Below, piece by piece: positions 39,291 to 48,594 of a stretch of DNA of 64,000 bases; position 1 is the stretch's first letter; every line of letters begins with the position of its first letter. The notes under the pieces are model-generated. The model was not told the origin of the DNA, ran no database searches, and saw only the letters and a list, made by a program, of their open reading frames with translations. Source of the DNA: Candidatus Elulimicrobium sp. Lineage in GTDB: Bacteria > Patescibacteriota > Minisyncoccia > Phycocordibacterales > UBA918. A program made the translations under genes and the position numbers. Location: positions 1,783-65,782 of the forward strand of contig DYNY01000004.1 of assembly GCA_020720815.1 (NCBI GenBank), in the 5' to 3' direction.

Positions 39291-40859
39291 CTATTCGGTT
39301 ACAGTGAACTCAAACATCATGCCCGCTTCAAGGTGTTCAGCGATATGACAATGCGCCATCCATTCCCCTGGATTGGTAGTATCAAGGAGAATATCAACGT
39401 ACTGTCCCGCTGGCACCATCACCGTATCTTTCCAAACTAAATTGTCGTTCATCGAGCCGTTTTCATTTACCACAAGGAATCGTTGACCGTGGAAGTGAAT
39501 TGGGTGTTGCATTGGATGGGCAGATTTTTCGTCATTCGTAATACGCACTTTTACTTTATCTCCTGCCTTGAAGTTCCACGCAATATCCGTATTTACTTTT
39601 CCAGTTTCGGTATCAACAATTTTCCACTTCGTCATGTCTTTAGTCGCCATCTGGTTCATCATGGCCATATCAGTGTCTTCCCATTCAATACCGTCAGGAC
39701 TAGGTGACCCCATCATCATACCTCCCATCATTGAACCATCCGGCATCATGTGCCCGCCCATGCCAGAAGACATACTACCCATCATGTCGATAGTGAGTCT
39801 AAGCTCTTTGTCGACTGGCTTATTGAGGTACTCACTATACGAGTCAAAACTTGCCTTCGCTATATCATTCGTCCGAAGTGTGCCGAAGATGTCACCATGA
39901 TATGGGGAAACAATATCGTTTGAGACAACAACGTTACCGAGGGCATAGGTTTTGTCGGGAGTCTTATGTTCGATAGCATATATGCCTTCATCAGCAAAAA
40001 GTACCTCTACCACCACTCGTTCAGATGGACCGAGGATAACCGAATCTTTCCACTCCTCACGTTCAGTTGCTCCAGCATCCCCACCGACTAACTTGAGCTT
40101 CGTACCTTTGATGCCAAAGTTAAACGGTCGCGCATTCGCCGCATTCGTGAGATAGAAACGAATGACTTCGCCCTTGGTGGCGTTGAGCTGGTAGTTTGTC
40201 TCGCCATTGACGAGCATAACGTTACCATAGCGACCCATGAGGGTGTGATCTGCCTCCTCTTTGCTCAAGTTGATCTTTCCATTCTCGATAAGGACATCGT
40301 CGAGAATAAGCGGCACTTCACGATTCACCTCGTTCCAGTATTTTTCGTCAGTAGCAACAACGAGGTAGTTACCGTACATGCCAAGTTCTTGTTGATAGTC
40401 CTCACGAACGTGCGGATGGTACCAATACATACCAGCATCAGGGAATTTCAATTTGTATGAGAATGTCTCTCCTGGCTTCATTTCCTCCTGTGTGGACTGT
40501 GAACCATCAAACTCATTGTCCATACGCACACCATGCGAATGCAGGAGTGTGTTCATATCAGTGCCATTTTTGAAGTTGATGGTCACCTCTGCACCCTGTG
40601 GCACTTTAATTAAAGGTCCCGGTATCGAACCGTTATATGCGAGCATCTTGTACTTCACGCCGTTAATATCTTTTTCAACGTAACTAGCAGTGAGATCGTA
40701 CGAGTCACCGTTTGTAAGGACGATAACTTCAGAAGTTTTTGCTGGTTCAATTTTGGTTGATGCAGTAGTAGTGTCTTGCGCACTTTCATTACGATAAAGC
40801 ACAATCCCAGCAATGACGATGATGATACCGAGTGCAACTGCAAGAGTTGTTTTATTCAT
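39291..40859 (-). CDS. Multicopper oxidase (CueO/CopA-like) with Met-rich loop
   Basis: HSHG, YWYHPH, HPIHFHG, HCHIAEHLEAGM. Confidence 0.93.
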   Translation of the reverse strand: MNKTTLAVALGIIIVIAGIVLYRNESAQDTTTASTKIEPAKTSEVIVLTNGDSYDLTASYVEKDINGVKYKMLAYNGSIPGPLIKVPQGAEVTINFKNGTDMNTLLHSHGVRMDNEFDGSQSTQEEMKPGETFSYKLKFPDAGMYWYHPHVREDYQQELGMYGNYLVVATDEKYWNEVNREVPLILDDVLIENGKINLSKEEADHTLMGRYGNVMLVNGETNYQLNATKGEVIRFYLTNAANARPFNFGIKGTKLKLVGGDAGATEREEWKDSVILGPSERVVVEVLFADEGIYAIEHKTPDKTYALGNVVVSNDIVSPYHGDIFGTLRTNDIAKASFDSYSEYLNKPVDKELRLTIDMMGSMSSGMGGHMMPDGSMMGGMMMGSPSPDGIEWEDTDMAMMNQMATKDMTKWKIVDTETGKVNTDIAWNFKAGDKVKVRITNDEKSAHPMQHPIHFHGQRFLVVNENGSMNDNLVWKDTVMVPAGQYVDILLDTTNPGEWMAHCHIAEHLEAGMMFEFTVTE

Positions 40860-41292
40860 AGTGTAATTCAATTTTATCTCCATCTTTCATTTGATAATTC
40901 TCAAGCTCGTTGTTCGGTTCTCCGTTGACCGTCATAGTCACACTCTGTCCGAACTCTCGGAAATCTTTTCCCCACACGGTGAAGAATTTACCAAGACGTG
41001 TGTCATCTTTAGTGACCCTCGCCGGATACTCGAGGTGAACAATCGGTACGTCATCGTGTGTATGCATCGGCTGGTGTACCGCACCTGAGAGGCCGATATT
41101 TTGAGGGATAGTAACTTTTTCACCCTTCACATATATCTCGAGTTGCGGGTGTGTGTGCATACCCTTCAGTGAGAGTACCTCTCCGTCAGCCGATGTGGGG
41201 GATGCTGATTGATTTGCTTTTCCCCACCAGATCATACTGATGGCAAAAACCACTGTCACCGCAATGACGATGGTCATTGTATGCTTTTTCAT
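40852..41292 (-). CDS. Exported His-motif protein
   Basis: N-terminal TM; HTHPQL and MHTHD motifs. Confidence 0.65.
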   Translation of the reverse strand: MKKHTMTIVIAVTVVFAISMIWWGKANQSASPTSADGEVLSLKGMHTHPQLEIYVKGEKVTIPQNIGLSGAVHQPMHTHDDVPIVHLEYPARVTKDDTRLGKFFTVWGKDFREFGQSVTMTVNGEPNNELENYQMKDGDKIELHYE

Positions 41293-41816
41293 ATATCACA
41301 AGTTATGGGCTGAATAATGCGTCGTAATAGAAAGTATGTTGCGTACAAAAGTGCCAGAACTCCCACAATGCCAAGTTCCTGTCCTTGAAACGGCAATATG
41401 CTCAAGATCCCAATACCACCAACCGTTGATAGAAGTGCGGTAAGTACAAGTGAACCACAGGCGGCACAGCCGACCCCGAACATTCCCAAGAACACGCCAA
41501 TACCGCTTATAGCAATCCCGCCCCCGCTCAACATCGCTTTTTGTCTCCGATAGAGATAAACGATGAGAGCCACATTCACACCAATCAAAAAAGACGTGGC
41601 TGTTGTCGTTATGGCAGAGAGTGCCGTGAAGTTGGTAGTGATTGAGGTAAGGAGAGTTAGTGGCAAAGTAAATTTATCTCCGAGTGAAGCAGTGTCGCTA
41701 AGCCAAACTAATCGGATGAGTGTAAGGTTGGGAAGCAAAACTGCAAACGCGAATATGACAAATACGACGACAAGTGCGAGGAGAATGTATGGGTACTTTT
41801 GTAGAATAACAGACAT
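41289..41816 (-). CDS. Membrane protein with CAAC motif
   Basis: Multiple TM segments, GCAACGS. Confidence 0.7.
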   Translation of the reverse strand: MSVILQKYPYILLALVVVFVIFAFAVLLPNLTLIRLVWLSDTASLGDKFTLPLTLLTSITTNFTALSAITTTATSFLIGVNVALIVYLYRRQKAMLSGGGIAISGIGVFLGMFGVGCAACGSLVLTALLSTVGGIGILSILPFQGQELGIVGVLALLYATYFLLRRIIQPITCDI

Positions 41817-41819
41817 GGT

Positions 41820-42584
41820 TTACGAATCTTTTAACGCTGTTTCTATAAGTTGCTTCACTGCTTCATATGGCTGTGCGCCATTTATAGGGAACTTGGTTCC
41901 ATCGGGTGCGACAAAGATACTCCATGGCGTTCCTCGTCCTCCGGTAGCCACTGCGTTAGCGAGATCATCTGCCACATGTTCTGCATACGTACCACTGCTT
42001 AGACATTCGTTGAATGTTTTGACATTGATGCCAACGAATTCGGCAATTTTTGGTAATTCAGCAAGATCAAGTCGGTCATTAGAGGGTGTGATCTCGTAGA
42101 GTCGGTCTGCATATTTCCAAAATGCATCGTTGCCACCTTGTGCACCAGCACACTCAAGCGCTTCTGCTTCTTTCCGAGCTTTAGAATGCAGTTGGTCGAG
42201 TGGAAAGTGGCGGTACACCCATGCAACTTTCCCGGTATCTCCATACTCATCCATTACTTGCTTCATAGTTTCATGGAGACGTTTGCAGAATGGGCATTCG
42301 GTATCAGAGTACTCGACGACCTTTATTGGAGCGTCAGAATTTCCTCGGACATGGTCATCGCCAGACACTACTTTTATATTTGCGAGTGCTTTGTTTGAAT
42401 CTTCAGCAATCTGTGCGGTCGGCACTACTGCAGTTGGTGCACTGGGAATGGTGTTGTTTTTAAGACCAAACAAAACTGCTCCGGCAATAAGTGTTCCAGC
42501 GATGACTATTGCTATAGGTATAGAGAATGCCTGGACGGTCGATTTTTGAACCGATTGAATAGGTTCACTATGTTCTTTATTCAT
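41820..42584 (-). CDS. DsbA-family oxidoreductase
   Basis: EYSDTECPFC, GTP, GAQPY. Confidence 0.9.
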   Translation of the reverse strand: MNKEHSEPIQSVQKSTVQAFSIPIAIVIAGTLIAGAVLFGLKNNTIPSAPTAVVPTAQIAEDSNKALANIKVVSGDDHVRGNSDAPIKVVEYSDTECPFCKRLHETMKQVMDEYGDTGKVAWVYRHFPLDQLHSKARKEAEALECAGAQGGNDAFWKYADRLYEITPSNDRLDLAELPKIAEFVGINVKTFNECLSSGTYAEHVADDLANAVATGGRGTPWSIFVAPDGTKFPINGAQPYEAVKQLIETALKDS

Positions 42585-42656
42585 GTATTTAGAGGGTTAG
42601 ACAAATAACGTCGATACAGCAAAAATTGGTGTTACAACAACACCCTAGTGGCGACG

Positions 42657-43097
42657 TTAGTATGTCTTAGAATGGAGAATGCCTCGAGCGAATGCTAATC
42701 GAAGCGGATTGTATATGCTGACGTTTGGATGTTCTCGTGCATATTGTTTATAGCGGAGTGCAAAAACGTTTAAGTTGAGCTTTGGTATAGCAAAGAAATC
42801 TGAGAAGACAAAAGCCACAGCTACCCCAATAAAGAGAAGTGCGAGAAAGTCTTGGAAGCTTTGTGGAATACCGACGAGCGTACTTTTCCAAAGTTCCATG
42901 TGATCGTTTACTCCAACATCGCAACATGAGTTTAAGATTGCTGAAGAAGCTTTATGGCTCGAATGAGTACCCATATCCGCATGAGCTGGTGTTGCGTGAA
43001 TAAAGCTGATACAAAGGAAACCAACAATAAGCGAAGACAAGATTGTCCCACTCACAATAGTTAGTATCTGAGATGTAAATACTGACAGGAACTTCAT
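42657..43097 (-). CDS. Membrane protein with His/Cys-rich loop
   Basis: TM-HATPAHADMGTHSSH...CC-TM; first gene of the copper cluster. Confidence 0.65.
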   Translation of the reverse strand: MKFLSVFTSQILTIVSGTILSSLIVGFLCISFIHATPAHADMGTHSSHKASSAILNSCCDVGVNDHMELWKSTLVGIPQSFQDFLALLFIGVAVAFVFSDFFAIPKLNLNVFALRYKQYAREHPNVSIYNPLRLAFARGILHSKTY

Positions 43098-43153
43098 AGG
43101 TTGATTAATTTTAACAGAAAAAACTCGCAGTGTGTAGTCTCTTCATACAAACA

Positions 43154-43177
43154 AAAATCACCCTTTCGGGTGATTTT
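43154..43177 (-). terminator. Rho-independent terminator
   Basis: aaaatcaccc-tttc-gggtgatttt. Confidence 0.6.
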
Positions 43178-43241
43178 CGTTCTGGATACTGCTCTCAGCA
43201 GGTATGCAATAGCGGAATAGATCCTATGTGATTTTAGACCT

Positions 43242-43287
43242 AGGACTCGAACCAAATTTATGTTGCTAAATATAGCTGAAATTACTT
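43242..43287. repeat. 46-bp direct repeat, copy B (att-like)
   Basis: Identical to 39003-39048. Confidence 0.92.
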
Positions 43288-43385
43288 GGCTGGCCGACTC
43301 GGGCTAGAACCGCACAATGCCAAACCATGCTTGACGATTTTAGTATATTTTCAAATTCAATTTCGACGCGTCTCGTGCACTAAAA

Positions 43386-43865
43386 TTATGTAATGATTAT
43401 ATGCCCTGGATTATTGGGGTCTACGTCAATATTTATGTCACGATCAAGATTATTTATTTCAATTGTGTGACTAATATTTAAAGTTAAATATCCTTGAAAA
43501 ATGACTCGGTTGGGTATTTGTATATCTATATGAAACTTCCTTGGGTCTCTACTAACTACTGATGTATGGTGACCGACATATCCATCCTTTTTTAACTTAA
43601 ATTCAATAACTGTTTTGTCATCTTCATACATATCTATATCTACGACTTCAGGATTCTGATCCCATCGACAGACAAACTCTAAGTTCTCACTAGGAGAGGT
43701 TAGAGTAAGTACCGGCAGAAGACCATTCGGTTTTCTGTCACTCTCAGGAAAAGCATTAATTTCAAAAAGGTCGTCACGGTACTCCACTTCAAGATTAATA
43801 TCAAAAATCTTATCCGTAAAAATTCTATCTTTTCTGTTATTAAAAGTTAAATACATCATAAACAC
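43386..43865 (-). CDS. Hypothetical protein
   Basis: 159-aa AT-rich ORF. Confidence 0.55.
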   Translation of the reverse strand: MFMMYLTFNNRKDRIFTDKIFDINLEVEYRDDLFEINAFPESDRKPNGLLPVLTLTSPSENLEFVCRWDQNPEVVDIDMYEDDKTVIEFKLKKDGYVGHHTSVVSRDPRKFHIDIQIPNRVIFQGYLTLNISHTIEINNLDRDINIDVDPNNPGHIIIT

Positions 43866-43882
43866 CTAATGCGAGTAAATTA

Positions 43883-44293
43883 CTATTCTGACTTCTTAAC
43901 AGGGTCAGCACCGTCTCCACCCTTACCGTAGTCCCACAAATAAGTCCCGTCAGGGAGTCGAGTATTTGGAACACCTAAAATTTCAAGAGGACTCCTTCCT
44001 CCCCGTCCTCCTCTATCAGCCTGCCCCGCTTCACCACCTTCTCCTCCCATCGCAAAAGCATTATCACCAACAACCTCAGCACTACCGCCATCTCCTCCTT
44101 TACCTCCAGGACCAGCCCCGCCGCCAATCCCGCCGACAGCAACTGAATTATTACCGTTCACTTTTGCATCACCACCCTTACCTCCATTATGAGTAGGTTT
44201 AATAGTCTTACCTATGCCAAATACATGATAAAGGATTAGACCACCACCTATTGTTATCACTAATCCGAGTAAAATTTCTACTAGATATTCCAT
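43883..44293 (-). CDS. Membrane-anchored glycine-rich protein
   Basis: N-terminal TM followed by GGKGGD-type repeats. Confidence 0.65.
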   Translation of the reverse strand: MEYLVEILLGLVITIGGGLILYHVFGIGKTIKPTHNGGKGGDAKVNGNNSVAVGGIGGGAGPGGKGGDGGSAEVVGDNAFAMGGEGGEAGQADRGGRGGRSPLEILGVPNTRLPDGTYLWDYGKGGDGADPVKKSE

Positions 44294-44385
44294 AAGTTTA
44301 TTATATCTCTTTCTGTACTTTTGCTAAGTCTATGCGAAATTAGATAAGCATTACATTAACGCTCTTCGTGCTACGTACGAGTTTG

Positions 44386-44456
44386 CTGGGGTACAAGGAC
44401 TCGAACCTCGATAGGCGGTACCAGAAACCGCAGTCCTACCATTAGACGATACCCCA
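44386..44456 (-). tRNA. tRNA-Gln(CTG)
   Basis: TGGGGTA/TACCCCA acceptor stem, gcggt-ttCTGgt-accgc anticodon arm, GGTTCGAGTCC T-arm. Confidence 0.95.
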
Positions 44457-44562
44457 AATGTTTAAATTGTTCTTTGTTTCTTCTTGCTACAACCTTATGT
44501 AATAAGGCGAAGCGTCCCATATAGTGCCATAGCCACAGAAAGATTCAAGCCAGTGGCTCTAA

Positions 44563-45171
44563 TTAGCGCTCGATAATGCTCCAACCACACTGACTAGTAT
44601 TTATATTTGGTTCATAATGTAGATGGACAATTCCAGTATTACGCAAAGAGAAAATATTAAGAAAACTCTTTACCGCTCCCCAAACACTTAATCTTCCCTT
44701 CACACAAATATGAGCTAAGAAAATGTTTACAAATACAGCGTGAGAAACCACCACCACCCGAGCGTCAGCTGGTAAAGATTCTAAGTGGGCCTGAGCGCCT
44801 TTAATACGCCTTACAAAAGCTTCATATGATTCACCCGAGTCTACTGGCAGACCAAAAAACCAACGTATCACATACCAAGTGGTAGTCAGACCAATGTAGT
44901 GTCGCCCCACCAGCCAAAGTGGTCTATCCAATTCCTCAAAGGCCGGATGAGTATCGGGAATAATGTTACAAACCTGAGCTACTATCCGCGTGGTTTCAAT
45001 CGCCCGCAGATGTGTACTACTAATAAAATGGGTCGGGACCAAAGTGGCAATTTTGGGTGCTACTTCTCTAGCTTGCCTTTCACCCATCTCATTTAGAGGA
45101 GTATTGCTATGTTGATGCCGCCGAGCAATATTGCCATTGGTCTGGCCGTGTCGAAGAAAAAATACCTCCAT
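44563..45171 (-). CDS. Histidine phosphatase family protein
   Basis: FLRHGQT, VVSHA. Confidence 0.9.
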   Translation of the reverse strand: MEVFFLRHGQTNGNIARRHQHSNTPLNEMGERQAREVAPKIATLVPTHFISSTHLRAIETTRIVAQVCNIIPDTHPAFEELDRPLWLVGRHYIGLTTTWYVIRWFFGLPVDSGESYEAFVRRIKGAQAHLESLPADARVVVVSHAVFVNIFLAHICVKGRLSVWGAVKSFLNIFSLRNTGIVHLHYEPNINTSQCGWSIIER

Positions 45172-45173
45172 AA

Positions 45174-45821
45174 TTATTCAGCAAAATGTGCATGGTCATT
45201 AAAGGTTAAAAGCGACCATACCTTAGTATCTTCTTCGTAGGTCAACACAGTAATGCCCGTGTTGATTGTCTGCATATAGCGTCCAGCATAAAATATTTCC
45301 GACGGAGAACGATTTGGTTCGTGTTGGCTTAAAACCAGCCCGACCAAAGTGCGCATAATAGTACCATGAGTCACTACTAAAATAGTCTCGCCATCTGCTT
45401 CAGTTAATGCTTCTAAAGCCTTCCTGGCACGAGCTATTAATTCAGTAAAAGTTTCTTCATCCTCATAACGAAAATTATCCTTATCGACTGCTGAATCTCT
45501 TTTTTGCATATATTCATATACAGCATTGCCTGGAATTTTTTCTTGTCTAACTCCAACTGTACAAGATGGGTTTTGGACTTCAATAAATAAATCAGATGGT
45601 AAAAAATTTAGCCCTAACCGTTTACTAATTACTTCGGCTGTCTGCTGGGCCCTTGTAAACGAACTGCAAAAAGCTAATCCGAAAGTGTTCTTTTTCAATC
45701 TTTCAGCTAACTTTTCTGCCTGAATGAAGCCTCGAGGAGACAATCCATCTGTTGAATCTTGCCAAATTTTACTTATATTAGCGATAGTTTCTCCATGTCT
45801 AACTAAAAATATTTTTTTCAT
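45174..45821 (-). CDS. Histidine phosphatase family protein
   Basis: LVRHGET, VVTHG. Confidence 0.9.
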   Translation of the reverse strand: MKKIFLVRHGETIANISKIWQDSTDGLSPRGFIQAEKLAERLKKNTFGLAFCSSFTRAQQTAEVISKRLGLNFLPSDLFIEVQNPSCTVGVRQEKIPGNAVYEYMQKRDSAVDKDNFRYEDEETFTELIARARKALEALTEADGETILVVTHGTIMRTLVGLVLSQHEPNRSPSEIFYAGRYMQTINTGITVLTYEEDTKVWSLLTFNDHAHFAE

Positions 45822-46852
45822 ACAGCAGTCAATTCAATCACGGCGATTTCAAGTGGTAATTGCGAGAGTGGTGAGTGATTGACTGCTTCAGTGGCCGAGA
45901 GTAGGCGCAAGAGTAATTGAGAGTTAATCGAAGAAGTCTTTTCTCCAGCGAGTGATTTAATTAAAATTTGCGCTCCTTCACCAAAGGCGGCCAGGATTTC
46001 TTCGGATTGGCTTGGCTGGTGACGAAGTAACATCACCGCTCTAATATGCTCCAGTAGTAGTCTAGCAAAAAGTTTCATTTCGACATGAGCCGAAACAGCC
46101 TCTTTAATAGCTATGAGTCCGGCTTCAGTATTTTTTTCTTGAAGCGCTTTTAATAAGTTGATAATAATTTCACTTTTTGGCGCACCGATAATCTCCGCTA
46201 CTTCGTCTGCTTTGCCAATAATATCTCCTGAAGCCAGCATTACTTTCTGGGTCACTCCCAAGGCATCACGGAAAGATCCATCGGCGGCAATAGCGATTAG
46301 ATCAGCTGCGGCTGGTGAAATTGTAAAACCTTCTTGCTTGGCGATGTCAGTTACTGTTTCTGCCAATACAGCTCGTGATGGACTACGAAAACGGAAAACC
46401 TGGCACCGTGATAAAATAGTATCTAAAAGCTTTTCTTCTTCAGTCGTAGCCAAGATAAATACCACATGAGCTGGTGGCTCCTCCAATGTTTTTAGAAGAG
46501 CGTTAAAGGCTTCTTTAGTAAGCATGTGCACCTCATCAACAATATAAACTTTATATTTTGATTCGTAAGGTACGGTATGGACAGCTTCTTTTAGTTCGCG
46601 AATATCATCAATCCCTCGGTTACTAGCCGCGTCGATTTCATAGAGGTCTACGCTACTAGTACCAATTTCTTTAGCAAAAATACGCGCTAGGGTCGTCTTT
46701 CCTGTACCGCGTGACCCAGAAAAAAGTAGGGCGTGCGGAATCGCACCTTTTTTAATAGCTCCTTTGAGAACTTTAATAATATGTTCCTGGTCTCTCACTT
46801 CCGCAAAAGTTTGCGGTCGATATTTTCGATATAATGCTCCGTGTTCACTCAT
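45818..46852 (-). CDS. dnaX: DNA polymerase III subunit gamma/tau (short form)
   Basis: LYRKYRPQTF, GSRGTGKTT, DEVHML, SRCQ. Confidence 0.95.
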   Translation of the reverse strand: MSEHGALYRKYRPQTFAEVRDQEHIIKVLKGAIKKGAIPHALLFSGSRGTGKTTLARIFAKEIGTSSVDLYEIDAASNRGIDDIRELKEAVHTVPYESKYKVYIVDEVHMLTKEAFNALLKTLEEPPAHVVFILATTEEEKLLDTILSRCQVFRFRSPSRAVLAETVTDIAKQEGFTISPAAADLIAIAADGSFRDALGVTQKVMLASGDIIGKADEVAEIIGAPKSEIIINLLKALQEKNTEAGLIAIKEAVSAHVEMKLFARLLLEHIRAVMLLRHQPSQSEEILAAFGEGAQILIKSLAGEKTSSINSQLLLRLLSATEAVNHSPLSQLPLEIAVIELTAV

Positions 46853-46870
46853 AGGCGTTAGTATAGCAAA

Positions 46871-47719
46871 TTATTCTAAGGACACCGATTCTGTTACAAA
46901 AAGACGTAATTTTTCCATATCAGAGCGTAGGTCTTCACTCCCCAAAACCACGTAACCGAGGGTTCTTTTGCCAGCGGGAAAAGTCTCCTCATAGAGCGCC
47001 ACCAAGGTCCGCTTAGCCGCCTCAGTATAGCCGTGCTTGCCGCCGCGGTAATTGGTTTCTAGGACCGGGCTGTTATTTGTCCAGCCGACATAAGGGCCAG
47101 CTCTCTTGCTGAGTTGAGTTATATCAAAAATATGTGGCTCGATCTTGTATAAGTAACTTGAAACAGTAGCTAGGTCGCGCGCGGAAGCGACATTTCTGGC
47201 TGATAGTCCAGAGGTATCATTAAGGACCATGTTTTTGGCGCCCGCCTTCGCGACTAACTCATTCATATCTTCTACCAGCTCTCCCTCCGATAGACGCGCC
47301 AAAGCCGTGGCCGCATCATTGGAAGATTCCAAAAGCAGCGGGAAGAGTAGCTCGTGCGAGGTGTAGTGTTGGCCCACGCTTAGTCGCCCAGACCGTCCAT
47401 CCTCGGCAATGTCTGAATAAATTATAGTTGCCTCTTTATCCTTAGGTAATTTTTCGACAGACGCAACCGCGGTAATAAGTTTTGTCACGGAGGCAATCGG
47501 CAGGACCATCTCGTCGTTATAAGCAGAGATTATCTCTCCGGTCTCAACATCAAAAATGGCGTAAGCGGAAACATTTAGTGACAGTGGCTCGGTCGTAGCC
47601 ACTAATTTGGTCGGCTGGTATGGCACTACTACCAACTTCGGACTAGCGGCGGCTTGGTAGGTAACCGAAACAATCAAAACTGTTAAAGAAAAAACTATGT
47701 AACCAATGGCTCGCTTCAT
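46871..47719 (-). CDS. D-alanyl-D-alanine carboxypeptidase (S11)
   Basis: ASVTK, SSN, KHGYT. Confidence 0.85.
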   Translation of the reverse strand: MKRAIGYIVFSLTVLIVSVTYQAAASPKLVVVPYQPTKLVATTEPLSLNVSAYAIFDVETGEIISAYNDEMVLPIASVTKLITAVASVEKLPKDKEATIIYSDIAEDGRSGRLSVGQHYTSHELLFPLLLESSNDAATALARLSEGELVEDMNELVAKAGAKNMVLNDTSGLSARNVASARDLATVSSYLYKIEPHIFDITQLSKRAGPYVGWTNNSPVLETNYRGGKHGYTEAAKRTLVALYEETFPAGKRTLGYVVLGSEDLRSDMEKLRLFVTESVSLE

Positions 47720-47765
47720 ATGGCTATATTTTAGCTTATTTTGGACATGAAATGGTTAGGACGAC

Positions 47766-47806
47766 ACAAAAGCCGGGGACAAGCTTTGCTTGTCCCCGGC
47801 TTTTGT
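47766..47806 (-). terminator. Rho-independent terminator
   Basis: 19-bp arms acaaaagccggggacaagc-ttt-gcttgtccccggcttttgt. Confidence 0.8.
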
Positions 47807-47818
47807 TGTTTAAACAAC

Positions 47819-48241
47819 TTACTTCTTTACTACCTTCTTAGTCACTTTCTTAGCGTCCACTACAGCCTTCTTCACGGGCTTCTTTGGGTTAGCGGTCTTT
47901 AATAGTCCTTGCCAATGCTCTTTCATCTCCTTTTTGAAATCTGAAAGCTCATTCTTTGATGCACTTTTTGCTGTGAGATAAGTCGCTGCTACCGTATTAA
48001 TTAATTGCTCATATTCCTCCTGTGACATATCCTTAGCTTTCTCAATTCCCTCGAGCACTTCAGCCTTAGCCTTTAGTGCCCAGCTCTTTACTGCCTTACG
48101 GTTACTAGCAGCATTCTTGCTACCGTAAAGGAAAAATCCCCCAGCCGCAGCAGCTACAGCGGCAGTAATACCTAGTCCTAGACCAATTGCTTGCTTATTC
48201 GTTATCCCCGCTTTCTTCGTTGCTATCTTCTTTGTTGCCAT
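47819..48241 (-). CDS. Lys-rich hypothetical protein with hydrophobic segment
   Basis: 140-aa ORF. Confidence 0.65.
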   Translation of the reverse strand: MATKKIATKKAGITNKQAIGLGLGITAAVAAAAGGFFLYGSKNAASNRKAVKSWALKAKAEVLEGIEKAKDMSQEEYEQLINTVAATYLTAKSASKNELSDFKKEMKEHWQGLLKTANPKKPVKKAVVDAKKVTKKVVKK

Positions 48242-48539
48242 ATGATTTATTATTATTTATAATTCTTCGCTTCCGTTTTGGAGCAGTAGGGCTATTAGCT
48301 CCACCAAAGAACATACCAATGAGACGAGAAACGATACCGCCTTCAACAATTACTGCTCGTATTTGGGCTAAATCCTCTGCCAATATTTCACTTCCCTCTT
48401 CTACTTTCGTCAAAATCGCTCGAATAGACTGCATGATTTTAATCAGTTGGTAGAGCACAAAGCATACCAAAATACAAAAACAAACCGTCGCTAAACTGGC
48501 AATGAAGAAAAATATATTGGCTTGTAAAATCTCGTTCAT
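48195..48539 (-). CDS. Small membrane hypothetical protein
   Basis: N-terminal TM plus coiled coil. Confidence 0.6.
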   Translation of the reverse strand: MNEILQANIFFFIASLATVCFCILVCFVLYQLIKIMQSIRAILTKVEEGSEILAEDLAQIRAVIVEGGIVSRLIGMFFGGANSPTAPKRKRRIINNNKSYGNKEDSNEESGDNE

Positions 48540-48594
48540 CTTATATTAGTTTAACAAGTATTTAAGCGATACCTAAAAACATTGGTGGACAACT

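Larger units (their letters stand above)
36054..44385. mobile_element. Integrase-less cassette island at the tRNA-Gln 3' end
   Basis: T-arm-like repeats at 36054, 37825 (degenerate), 39001 and 43240; accessory cargo and pseudogenes. Confidence 0.6.
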
